The notes beneath the pieces are model-generated. The model ran no database searches. It worked only from the letters and a program-made list of their open reading frames with translations, and had not been told where the DNA came from. Both the position numbers and the translations under genes were made by a program. Of a DNA stretch of 64,000 bases, positions 49,332 through 58,465 are shown piece by piece; the first letter of the stretch is position 1; each line of letters starts with the position of its first letter. The DNA is from an uncultured Bacilli bacterium (GTDB taxonomy: Bacteria > Bacillota_I > Bacilli_A > RF39 > UBA660), in contig CAKPCJ010000001.1 of NCBI GenBank assembly GCA_934141575.1, positions 9,455 through 73,454 on the forward strand, written 5' to 3'.

Positions 49332-49847
49332 CTACAATTCATCATCCAAATATAAAACTTCTTCTTTCTGCTCAGATTTATTCTGAACTTTTTCCTTAAT
49401 ATCATGCAATACATACTCATTTCCAATAATAACTGTTTTTTTGTTATTCAAAATAGAATCTATTTTTTTTAATTCTTTACGATTATTAAGATGTGTAACC
49501 CAACTAGATGCTAATAAAATAAGGGAAACAAGCACAAATAAACTAGAAATAAAATTAGGTGCAAGAAGTAACATTGATATAGACATAAACATAATTATTG
49601 ACATAACAATTCTTGCCTTTTTATTAAAATTCTCATTTAAAATAATATCTTTCTTCTTTTCAATACTTTGATACTTCTGTTGAGTACTAATAATTCCATT
49701 TAACAATTCAATATAACTATCACTTTTATTTATAACAATTTCTTTATTATCAGCAGTTTTAATTCTAATAACATTATCATCAACCATATAATTAGTGATT
49801 ATATTAGAGCGATTAACCTCATCAATATATTCAAACATGTCCCCCAT
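49332..49847 (-). CDS. Hypothetical membrane protein
   Basis: 171-aa ORF with central hydrophobic helices. Confidence 0.35.
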   Translation of the reverse strand: MGDMFEYIDEVNRSNIITNYMVDDNVIRIKTADNKEIVINKSDSYIELLNGIISTQQKYQSIEKKKDIILNENFNKKARIVMSIIMFMSISMLLLAPNFISSLFVLVSLILLASSWVTHLNNRKELKKIDSILNNKKTVIIGNEYVLHDIKEKVQNKSEQKEEVLYLDDEL

Positions 49848-49934
49848 AAAAATCCCCCTTTTTTATGTATTACAATATAATAGCACATTTATAAAAAAAA
49901 GTAAAGTTTTTTTTGAGTTTTAATATAATTAAGT

Positions 49935-50405
49935 ATGAAAATAATTATACATGATTCAAAAAATTTAAAAACAAGCAGTAACGATATCGTTTTAACAGAA
50001 AGTAAGTATCACTGTATTGGTTGTTTTAAATGTTGGTTTAAAACTCCATTAGAATGTTGTCAAAGTGATGAGGTTAAAGACTTAGGAAAGTTGTTCCTAT
50101 CATGTGATGAACTAATAATAATAAGTAAGTGCACATGTGGTTCATATAGTTCAAAAGTCAAAAAAATTTTAGAAAGGAGCTTATCTTATGTAGAACCTTA
50201 TTTTGAAATGAGAAGTAAAAATATTCATCACAAAATAAGGAGAAAAAACAAATTAACAATGTCAGTATATTTTTATGGTAACATAACAGAAAGAAGCAAA
50301 CAAATAGCTAAAAAATTAATATATAATAATGCCATAAACTATAATGCTACTATAGAAAAAATTGATTTTTTTAATAACATAAGAGAAATAGAAAAAATAA
50401 TATGA
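49935..50405 (+). CDS. Flavodoxin-like / iron-sulfur flavoprotein-like protein (atypical, lacks canonical N-terminal FMN loop)
   Basis: CIGCFKCWFKTPLECCQSD resembles the CxGCxxC....P..C..D cluster of NAD(P)H-dependent FMN reductase-like iron-sulfur flavoproteins. 156 aa. Overlaps the next gene by 4 nt. Confidence 0.3.
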   Translation: MKIIIHDSKNLKTSSNDIVLTESKYHCIGCFKCWFKTPLECCQSDEVKDLGKLFLSCDELIIISKCTCGSYSSKVKKILERSLSYVEPYFEMRSKNIHHKIRRKNKLTMSVYFYGNITERSKQIAKKLIYNNAINYNATIEKIDFFNNIREIEKII

Positions 50406-50962
50406 AATATCTATATGTAAATTGCAGTCCGAAACTATCAAAAGGCAACTCATATAATATATTAAAGAAAATAAGTGAGGATGAAATTTTGAATTTATAT
50501 ATTGAAGAAAACATATTAAATAAAATTGAAAATACAGATACATTAGTACTATCAATGCCTCTTTATATAGATTCACCACCATATAAAGTAATAGAGTTAT
50601 TTGAAACATTAAAAAGAAAAAATATAAAAAGGAAAAATATATACATCATTACTAACTGTGGATTTCTAGAACCAAAACAAAATGATATTTCTGTTGAAAT
50701 AGTCAAAAACTTCTGTTTAGAAAACAATTGGAATTATAAAGGAAGTTTTAAAATTGGTTCTGGAGAAATTATTGGAAAATATAATAAAAATAAAATATAT
50801 AGAATATTAAGCAATGATTTTATAAAAAAAGCAAACAAATTTAAAGAAAACATACTAAAAAATAATTACGTAGAACTAAGTACTACTATAAAGCCAATGA
50901 CACAGAATTTGTTTATAAAATTTGCAAATCACAGTTTCAAAAGAAAAATAGATTCAAAGTAA
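50402..50962 (+). CDS. Flavodoxin-like fold NAD(P)H-dependent oxidoreductase-like protein
   Basis: N-terminal LYVNCSPKLSKGNS (cf. ILVINGSPRKNGNT) and TDTLVLSMPLYIDSPP (cf. ADAIVFgSPvYw). Confidence 0.4.
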   Translation: MKYLYVNCSPKLSKGNSYNILKKISEDEILNLYIEENILNKIENTDTLVLSMPLYIDSPPYKVIELFETLKRKNIKRKNIYIITNCGFLEPKQNDISVEIVKNFCLENNWNYKGSFKIGSGEIIGKYNKNKIYRILSNDFIKKANKFKENILKNNYVELSTTIKPMTQNLFIKFANHSFKRKIDSK

Positions 50963-50963
50963 T

Positions 50964-51545
50964 CTATTTTTTCTTGACATATTCTTTTATAACCGGCTGT
51001 ATTTGTTTTGAACCTAATGCCTCTTCTATTGTAGGAACAAGTAAATCATAATGAGATATTAATGAATTAGGTTTTTCTTTATAATTATCTTGCCCAAATG
51101 GAACAAAATATACATTCTTTCTATTCAACAATTCCATTATATTCTTGCCATTTGCACTTAAAGCATCATTTGTAGATATAGCAAGGACTATTGGGCTTTG
51201 GTTTCTAAGAGTTGCCTTAACCGCTAAATTAACAGGGTTATCAGTTATACCACAAGCCATTTTTGCAATAAAGTTTCCAGTTGCAGGTAAAACAACCATT
51301 ACATCAAGTTTATTTTTAGGTCCAAATTTTTCAGCCTCCACAATATCATGTACTACCTCATGCCCGGTAATTTTTTGAATTTTTTCAACAAATTCATTTG
51401 CCTTTCCAAATCTAGTATCTAAAAAATATACATTCTTAGTAACTATTGGATAAACATCATACCCAAGTTCGACTAACTCAATCAAATTTTGCAAAGATTT
51501 CTCTAATGTGCAAAATGAACCAGTTATTCCAAAACCAACTTTCAT
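50964..51545 (-). CDS. dpaB: Dipicolinate synthase subunit B (flavoprotein, CoaC-like)
   Basis: 193 aa. The MKVGFGITGSFCT N-terminus is typical of SpoVFB-family flavoproteins. Overlaps the upstream dpaA-like gene by 4 nt. Confidence 0.65.
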   Translation of the reverse strand: MKVGFGITGSFCTLEKSLQNLIELVELGYDVYPIVTKNVYFLDTRFGKANEFVEKIQKITGHEVVHDIVEAEKFGPKNKLDVMVVLPATGNFIAKMACGITDNPVNLAVKATLRNQSPIVLAISTNDALSANGKNIMELLNRKNVYFVPFGQDNYKEKPNSLISHYDLLVPTIEEALGSKQIQPVIKEYVKKK

Positions 51546-52339
51546 TTATTTTCACCAATCTCCTTTTGTATTTTCTTTAATAATATTTTACTTGCACGCA
51601 TAGGTGCATACTTAGCTGGGATTTTTGAATAAATTCTATAATTAGGATAGCTTTCCTTATGTATTTGATTTAAACCATATGGATATGACGCTATGTCAAG
51701 TATAGGAGCACTACACTCTTCTAGACAATAAGGCAATATAATATTTTCTGGTACAGTATTTATAATATAATCACTTTCACTAAAGACTTTTTTCATCATA
51801 TCAATATCAGAAGTAAAAAAACATCTATTACCTAGTTTTTCAAAATCTGATAAATCTTTTATTCCAAAAACCACATTATATTCATTTAATTTATTTTCCA
51901 ACAATTTTGCAATATTTCCATATCCCAAAATACAAACATTTTTAACACCTTTAGATTTTCTTTTTATTTCATCTATTATACCATCAGCAGTTATTTCATT
52001 ATTTGCTCTATTAACATAGTCATCTTTAAGAAAACTAACTACCTTTCTATCGCCCACAAGCTCTAATAACCTATTGCTTATTAATCCAGTATATACAATT
52101 AATTTTTCATTAAAATCAGAAAAATATGTAGAAGTTATACTAACCTTTCCATCAAGATCTATTTGACTATCATTATTAATTCCACTCATAGGAAGTATCA
52201 ATATATTGTATTTTTTCTTATCTAAACTAGCATCGTATACACTCTTTTCATCACAAATTAAATCAACGCTATATTTTTTTGATAATTCATCTTTTAAAAA
52301 AGCATATCTTTCGTCTTTACCAATTATCAGAATCTTCAT
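51542..52339 (-). CDS. dpaA: Dipicolinate synthase subunit A (NAD-binding)
   Basis: 265 aa. The MKILIIGKDER N-terminus, a second Rossmann-like GYGNIAK region, and coupling to the dpaB-like gene match SpoVFA architecture. Confidence 0.55.
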   Translation of the reverse strand: MKILIIGKDERYAFLKDELSKKYSVDLICDEKSVYDASLDKKKYNILILPMSGINNDSQIDLDGKVSITSTYFSDFNEKLIVYTGLISNRLLELVGDRKVVSFLKDDYVNRANNEITADGIIDEIKRKSKGVKNVCILGYGNIAKLLENKLNEYNVVFGIKDLSDFEKLGNRCFFTSDIDMMKKVFSESDYIINTVPENIILPYCLEECSAPILDIASYPYGLNQIHKESYPNYRIYSKIPAKYAPMRASKILLKKIQKEIGENK

Positions 52340-52423
52340 AATTTATCACCACTTTTATTATATTAATACTTTTAATAGTGGTTACTTATTTTAAAAAAAA
52401 TCATATAATAATATGGTGATTAT

Positions 52424-54232
52424 ATGTGTGCAATACTTGGATGGATAAATTCTAAAAAAAATTTAAAAAACGTCCAAAACAATTTCAAAGAAATGTTAGA
52501 TTTAATGAGTTATAGGGGTAAAGATAATACAGGATATTATTTTGAAGATAACATTTTACTAGGTCATAAAAGACTAGCTATTATAGATTTAGAAAATGGC
52601 AATCAACCCATGAAATATAAGGAATACACAATTGTATATAATGGCGAAATATATAATGCTGATACTTTAAAACAAGAACTTGAAAATCAAGGATACAAAT
52701 TCAAAACAAATTGTGATACAGAAGTAATTTTAATCGGTTATGCATGTTATAAAGAAAAAATATTAGAAAAATTAGAAGGAATATTTGCATTTGCTATATA
52801 TAACAGCAAAAATAAAAGCGTATTTTTAGCAAGAGATAGATTTGGAGTAAAACCATTATACTATACATATTACAAACATAATTTTATTTTCTCTTCTTCA
52901 ATAAAAAGCATACTAAAAAGTGGTGTAATTAAACCGATACTTGGCAAAAAAGAGTTGGCTAGGATAATAAGTTTAGGTCCGTCTAAATGTATGGGAGATG
53001 GAATATTTAAAGGAATAAAAGAGCTAAGGCCAGCACACTACATGATATTTAAAAACAAGAAAATTAAAATCAAAAGATATTGGAATATAAAAAGCAAAGA
53101 ATTCACTGATTCGTTTGATGAAGCAGTAAAAAAAGTAAGAAATTTACTAGAAAATTCAATAAAAAGACAAATGAAAAGTGATGTAGACATTGCTACTCTA
53201 TTAAGTGGTGGTTTAGACTCAAGTATAATAAGTGCTATAGTAGCCATTAATAAGAAAAATATTCTTTCCACATATTCAATAGATTATGAGGGCAATGACA
53301 AGTTTTTCAAAAGTAACACATTTCAAGTTTCTCAAGATGAAAAATATATAGAAATAATGTCAAAAGCATTTAATACTAAACACACTTATATGACAATAAG
53401 TCAAAATGAAGTAGCGGATTATTTAATAAAAACACTTAAATTAAGAGATTACCCAGGAATGATTGATATCGACTCTTCCCTACTATGGTTTTCTGAAAAA
53501 ATCAGCGAAAAATATAAGGTAATATTAAGTGGTGAATGTGCAGATGAAATATTTGGCGGTTATCCATGGTTTTATAAAAAAGAATTAAATAATAGAAAAG
53601 AATTTCCTTGGATTAACAATATTGATTACAGGCAAAAGCTAATAAATAAAAATCTTAGGAGAAAAATTAATATACACAAAATCATAAAAAAAGAATATAT
53701 GAATACAATTAGAGAGTTAAGTTTAAAAGATAGAAAAGATAAATATAAAAAATTATTTTATATAAATATGACTCATTTTATGACAACATTACTAGACAGA
53801 AAAGACAGAATGACAATGGGTGCTACAATAGAAGCAAGAGTGCCATTCGCAGACACAAAATTAATTGAATACTTGTGGAATATGCCCTTCGAATACAAAT
53901 ATAAAGATGGCATAGAAAAATACATATTAAGAGAAGCATTTAAAGATATATTGCCACAAGAAATATTAAATAGGAAGAAAAACCCATATCCTAAAACACA
54001 CAATCCATTATTTTTAGAACTAGTATCCAATCTTTTAAAAGATAGGCTAAAAAACGATAAAAGTATACTATATAAATTATTTGACATCGATGAAATAAAC
54101 AACTTATTAAATAGTAATTCTGATTATGATATCCCATGGTTTGGTCAATTAATGACAAAACCACAACTAATCGCATATTTATACCAATTTGATGTATGGA
54201 TAGAAGAATATAATATAGAAATACATGTATAG
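52424..54232 (+). CDS. asnB: Asparagine synthetase (glutamine-hydrolysing)
   Basis: N-terminal nucleophile MCAILG (Ntn amidotransferase), PP-loop LLSGGLDSS. 602 aa. Confidence 0.88.
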   Translation: MCAILGWINSKKNLKNVQNNFKEMLDLMSYRGKDNTGYYFEDNILLGHKRLAIIDLENGNQPMKYKEYTIVYNGEIYNADTLKQELENQGYKFKTNCDTEVILIGYACYKEKILEKLEGIFAFAIYNSKNKSVFLARDRFGVKPLYYTYYKHNFIFSSSIKSILKSGVIKPILGKKELARIISLGPSKCMGDGIFKGIKELRPAHYMIFKNKKIKIKRYWNIKSKEFTDSFDEAVKKVRNLLENSIKRQMKSDVDIATLLSGGLDSSIISAIVAINKKNILSTYSIDYEGNDKFFKSNTFQVSQDEKYIEIMSKAFNTKHTYMTISQNEVADYLIKTLKLRDYPGMIDIDSSLLWFSEKISEKYKVILSGECADEIFGGYPWFYKKELNNRKEFPWINNIDYRQKLINKNLRRKINIHKIIKKEYMNTIRELSLKDRKDKYKKLFYINMTHFMTTLLDRKDRMTMGATIEARVPFADTKLIEYLWNMPFEYKYKDGIEKYILREAFKDILPQEILNRKKNPYPKTHNPLFLELVSNLLKDRLKNDKSILYKLFDIDEINNLLNSNSDYDIPWFGQLMTKPQLIAYLYQFDVWIEEYNIEIHV

Positions 54233-54280
54233 CAAAAAAATTATATAAGTGGTAAAATACTTAAACACGCGGAGGTTTTT

Positions 54281-54853
54281 ATGGACATAAGTACTTTAAA
54301 TGAAAAACAAAGATTTAAAATTATAGAATCAAATCAAGTTAGTTCTTCAGTTAATAAATATTTAGCCAAAAAATTAAGAAACTTAAGAATTAATATAGTC
54401 CAAAGTTATGAGGACAAAATATTAAAATTAATGAAAAAAAGAGTATTAGAGGGCTGGTGCTGGGAAACAACTGAAACAGCCATTATTTTTTTTGAAGATA
54501 ATGATTACATTCAAAGAGGAAACTTAAAATTTGATAACGAAACTCTTTATCACCACTCCTGGATATGCTTTAGATTTAAAGAAAAAGATTATGTTTTCGA
54601 TCCATGTCTTTCTATTCTCTGTGAAAAAGAAATATATGACAAAATATTTGAAATATCTCCCTTAGGTAAAGTATCAGCTAAAGAAGTAAAAAATGAAATA
54701 TTGGAATTAGTAACTCCAAATGAAAACACGCTAATAAAAGGGAATGAAGATGAAAACTCACCAATGTATAGAAATAACACAGAATATAATGTTATAATTA
54801 AAGAGGAAAAAATAAAAGGACTAAAAGCATATTACCACTACCATAGAGATTGA
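54281..54853 (+). CDS. Hypothetical protein, first gene of a two-gene operon with an AAA_21-type ATPase
   Basis: 190-aa ORF with RBS ggagg. No motif recognised. 17 nt upstream of the ATPase gene. Confidence 0.4.
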   Translation: MDISTLNEKQRFKIIESNQVSSSVNKYLAKKLRNLRINIVQSYEDKILKLMKKRVLEGWCWETTETAIIFFEDNDYIQRGNLKFDNETLYHHSWICFRFKEKDYVFDPCLSILCEKEIYDKIFEISPLGKVSAKEVKNEILELVTPNENTLIKGNEDENSPMYRNNTEYNVIIKEEKIKGLKAYYHYHRD

Positions 54854-54869
54854 TGAAATTGGAGAAATT

Positions 54870-55724
54870 ATGATATATTTAAAAAAATTTACACTGCTAA
54901 ATGGAGAACAAGAAGATAATATTATAGAAACAGAAAGAAGAAATATTTATAATAATTACTACCCTCTTGGAATTTTTACAAGCAAAAAATTTGAAGAAAT
55001 AGAATTTGAAAACATAACAATATTCTATGGTGGTAATGGTTCTGGTAAAACAACACTTCTAAATATAATTGCTGACAAATTAAAAGCCAAAAGAAAAAAT
55101 GAAATAAATAAAGGATCACACTATAATATATATGTAAATTCTTGTGAAAATAAAATGTCCCTTGAAAATCCTCTTGAAGTAAAAATCATTTCAAGCGACG
55201 ATGTATTTGATTATTTACTTGATATACGTTCTATAAACTCAAATATAAATAGGAGAAAAAATTTTTTAACAGAAGAATACTTAGAAAAAAAATTTAATCA
55301 AGATTCTACAACAATAGCTAATTATGAAGAAATAAAATCAAGATATGATTCAAAACATAAAACAATGTCAAAATTTATAAGGGAACGTCTTAATAACAAC
55401 AATATTATTGAACAATCCAATGGTGAATCTGCATTAAAATTTTGGGAAGAAGAAATAAAAGACAACGCAATTTATATATTAGATGAACCAGAAAACAGTT
55501 TATCAGCAGAAAATCAATTAAAACTGAAACAATTTATAGAAGATTCTGCAAGGTTTTACAATTGCCAATTTATAATATCTACCCACTCCCCCTTTTTGCT
55601 AAGCTTAAATTCTGCCAAAATATACGATCTTGATAGCACTCCAGTTACTAAGAAAAACTGGACAGAATTAAAAAATGTTAGAATATATCATAATTTTTTT
55701 ATAGAACATAACAGTGAATTTTAA
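54870..55724 (+). CDS. ABC-type (AAA_21/AAA_15-like) ATPase without transmembrane domain
   Basis: Walker A FYGGNGSGKTTLLNIIA, Walker B IYILDEPENSL, H-loop-like STHSPFLL. 284 aa. Confidence 0.65.
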   Translation: MIYLKKFTLLNGEQEDNIIETERRNIYNNYYPLGIFTSKKFEEIEFENITIFYGGNGSGKTTLLNIIADKLKAKRKNEINKGSHYNIYVNSCENKMSLENPLEVKIISSDDVFDYLLDIRSINSNINRRKNFLTEEYLEKKFNQDSTTIANYEEIKSRYDSKHKTMSKFIRERLNNNNIIEQSNGESALKFWEEEIKDNAIYILDEPENSLSAENQLKLKQFIEDSARFYNCQFIISTHSPFLLSLNSAKIYDLDSTPVTKKNWTELKNVRIYHNFFIEHNSEF

Positions 55725-55827
55725 TCAGCGTTAGAAAGTAGAATTAATATAAAAGATTCAGCATTTACCATACATTTAGGACTATAGAATTTAGCTATAA
55801 GTATATATTCAATACTAGATACCATAA

Positions 55828-55859
55828 ATAAAAAAGCTAACAATAATTAGCTTTTTTTA
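55828..55859. terminator. Bidirectional rho-independent terminator between the ATPase (+) and EEP (-) genes
   Basis: agctaacaataattagct hairpin flanked by an A-run on one side and a T-run on the other. Confidence 0.55.
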
Positions 55860-56636
55860 TATATCAAAATCCAATATTAAAGGCAAATGATCCGATACAT
55901 CAGTTATTAATACTTTAAAATCATTTACTTTAACTTTATCATTTACAAAAATATAATCACATACAACATTTCCTTTATCTAATCCATCATCAAAATTAGG
56001 TCTAGTAGACGATATTTTATATTTAGAGATTAAATTAACCATTTTGCTATCAAACATCTTGATACTTTCAGATTCAACAAGCAAATTAAAATCGCCAACC
56101 ACTATTGAAGGAATATCATATCTAACATTAGATAATATTGTTTTTATTTGATTAATAGTATTAACGTTTCCAAGCTTATCTTCATTCCAAATACCATGTA
56201 CATTAATTACTTGTAATTTCTTGCCATCAACATCCAATATACTCTCAGTAAATGCCCTACCATGATCCTCATTTTTGAAATTACTTACTTCTTCAAAAAT
56301 AGAATAATTTTTATAATAAAATACATTTCTACTAGATAATATAGAATAATTTGTTATTATTTCATTGCCTTGTTCAGTAAGTCCTCCAAAATCTCTAGCC
56401 ACAATGCCATTTTTCTTATGACATCTTGCAACCCATAAAGAACCAAAAAAACTATTTTTATACCCAGTTTTTTCTTTAATAATATTACTACTATTATATC
56501 TTTCAAAAACGCCCGAATCCAATCCCCTCATAGCTTCTTGAAATGTAATTACATCATAATTATCATTCGATATTAAATCAATTACCTCATTATTATTATC
56601 TTTTTTTATACATAAATTCAAATCTAATAGTTTCAT
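55857..56636 (-). CDS. Endonuclease/exonuclease/phosphatase (EEP) family protein
   Basis: DVITFQEA, GDFN, SDHLPLILDFDI motifs. 259 aa, no signal peptide. RBS agaggtg. Confidence 0.7.
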   Translation of the reverse strand: MKLLDLNLCIKKDNNNEVIDLISNDNYDVITFQEAMRGLDSGVFERYNSSNIIKEKTGYKNSFFGSLWVARCHKKNGIVARDFGGLTEQGNEIITNYSILSSRNVFYYKNYSIFEEVSNFKNEDHGRAFTESILDVDGKKLQVINVHGIWNEDKLGNVNTINQIKTILSNVRYDIPSIVVGDFNLLVESESIKMFDSKMVNLISKYKISSTRPNFDDGLDKGNVVCDYIFVNDKVKVNDFKVLITDVSDHLPLILDFDI

Positions 56637-56724
56637 TTAAACACCTCTTACGCAAGAACTTATAACATTATTCTAACATTAATTAAGCATATAATGTAAA
56701 AAAGTTCTATAAAAGAACTTATAT

Positions 56725-57471
56725 TTATTTTCTCAATTCTATTTTTTTCATATCATCATCTATTTCTTCACGCATGATTTTTTTCTTAAAATATTCTACT
56801 TCTCTTTGCAATAGCATTATGCCAGGACGAGCGTATAGCTCACTATGATAAGAGTTTTCAATACTTGTTAATATTAACAATGACAAAATAGATTTATACT
56901 CTTTGGCTTTCTCAGAATGGCATTCCTCAGTTGATTTAACGTATTCGACTATAGAATCTTTATTTCTTACTTGTCTAACTATAGGATGTTCCATTTTCCA
57001 ATATAATTCCTTATCATATACAAATCCAGATGATGTATCATAAATTAAGTGTTTCCCATCTTTTGTAACTCTTTCTACAATACAATGATCAGAATATGAT
57101 GGATCGCAACTATTAGAAAATTTCGGATTTAATCTTATATTATCAACCGAAGCATAAATAAGATTAACATCTCCATCATCCTCTAAGAATGCCCTAGCCA
57201 TCAGCAAAGCCATGTCATAACAATGTCCATTAGACATGGCATTAGACAATAATAATATTGAAGCCGGAATTTCACCATAATAAATATCTCTTAGTTTTTT
57301 TATTAAAGCATCATCGTAAAGTGTAACACATTGGTTTTTTAACCCCCAAACCAATAATTGATTAGCTTTAAATTTATATAAATTCCATTCAATATTCTTT
57401 TTTATACTCATCTCAAAACTCCCCTTTTTTAAATTAACGTATATACTATCACCAAAAATCAGTTTTTGCAA
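56725..57471 (-). CDS. Hypothetical protein
   Basis: 248-aa ORF. Followed by a hairpin (agttcttttatagaact) plus T-run in the 88-nt spacer before the EEP gene. Confidence 0.4.
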   Translation of the reverse strand: MQKLIFGDSIYVNLKKGSFEMSIKKNIEWNLYKFKANQLLVWGLKNQCVTLYDDALIKKLRDIYYGEIPASILLLSNAMSNGHCYDMALLMARAFLEDDGDVNLIYASVDNIRLNPKFSNSCDPSYSDHCIVERVTKDGKHLIYDTSSGFVYDKELYWKMEHPIVRQVRNKDSIVEYVKSTEECHSEKAKEYKSILSLLILTSIENSYHSELYARPGIMLLQREVEYFKKKIMREEIDDDMKKIELRK

Positions 57472-57516
57472 GAAAAAGTACTAACAAATGATATAATAAA
57501 TATATGAGGTAAAAGT

Positions 57517-58452
57517 ATGAAAAAAAGACAAGAAGTATACGATTTATATTGGTATTTTGCTTATGAAAGACAAAATATATTTTTAAAAAAGAAAAATGGA
57601 CTTCAAGCTCCATGGACAAATGACAAAATTCTACAAGAATATAAGTTTTGTAATAGTTATAGAGTTAATGATAGAGTTAGCCAATATTTATTAAAAAATG
57701 TTATATATAATGGAAAAAACTATTCTAGCAGTGACATGATATTTAGAATAATATTATTCAAACTATTTAATAAAGAATCTACTTGGGAATTATTATTAAA
57801 TAATTTTGATGATATTACACTAAAAACATTTGACATAAATAAATATTCTGAAATTTTAGAAAAAGCAATGAAAAATAAAATCAAAATATATAACGATGCT
57901 TACATAAGTTGTGCTAATAAAGCATTCGGATACAATAGAAAACATGATAATCATCTAGCCCTTCTAAATAAGATGTTTAATATAGATAAAGTTCAAAACA
58001 AAATTATTAAATGTAGCACAATGGAAGAAGCATTCAACATTATAAAAAGTTACCCTTTAATAGGAAATTTTATGGCCTATCAATTAGTAACTGATATAAA
58101 TTATAGTGAAGTTGTTAATTGGAAAGAAAATGAATTTACAATTGCCGGCCCAGGATCACTTAGAGGAATTAAAAAATGTTTTATTGATAAAGGCAAAATG
58201 AGCAATGAAGATATTATTAGATATATGTACGAACACCAAGATGAAGAATTTAAAAGGTTAAACTTAAATTTTAAAAGAATTGGCAATAGACCACTACAAC
58301 TTATAGATTGTCAAAATATATTTTGTGAATTAGATAAATACTGTAGGCAAGCATTGCCGGAACTAAAATCAAATAGAACAAAAATAAAGAAACACTATAT
58401 AGCAAAAAAAGAAAAAATAAACTACGTTTACCCACCAAAATGGAAAATATAG
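57517..58452 (+). CDS. Hypothetical protein; weak resemblance to phage-type DNA base-hypermodification (aGPT-Pplase-like) proteins
   Basis: 311-aa ORF with N-terminal YWYFAYERQNIF...PWTNDKILQEYKFCNSYRVNDRVSQYL. RBS gaggtaaaag. Family recollection is uncertain. Confidence 0.35.
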   Translation: MKKRQEVYDLYWYFAYERQNIFLKKKNGLQAPWTNDKILQEYKFCNSYRVNDRVSQYLLKNVIYNGKNYSSSDMIFRIILFKLFNKESTWELLLNNFDDITLKTFDINKYSEILEKAMKNKIKIYNDAYISCANKAFGYNRKHDNHLALLNKMFNIDKVQNKIIKCSTMEEAFNIIKSYPLIGNFMAYQLVTDINYSEVVNWKENEFTIAGPGSLRGIKKCFIDKGKMSNEDIIRYMYEHQDEEFKRLNLNFKRIGNRPLQLIDCQNIFCELDKYCRQALPELKSNRTKIKKHYIAKKEKINYVYPPKWKI

Positions 58453-58465
58453 TTTATTCTTATCT

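Noticed and set aside
57461-57498. Possible sigma-A promoter (TTGCAA ... TGATATAAT) upstream of the 57517 gene
   Set aside because: On counting, the spacer between the -35 candidate and the best TATAAT is about 20 nt. The 17-nt-spaced alternative (TGATAT) is a poor -10. It is too ambiguous to call as a feature.
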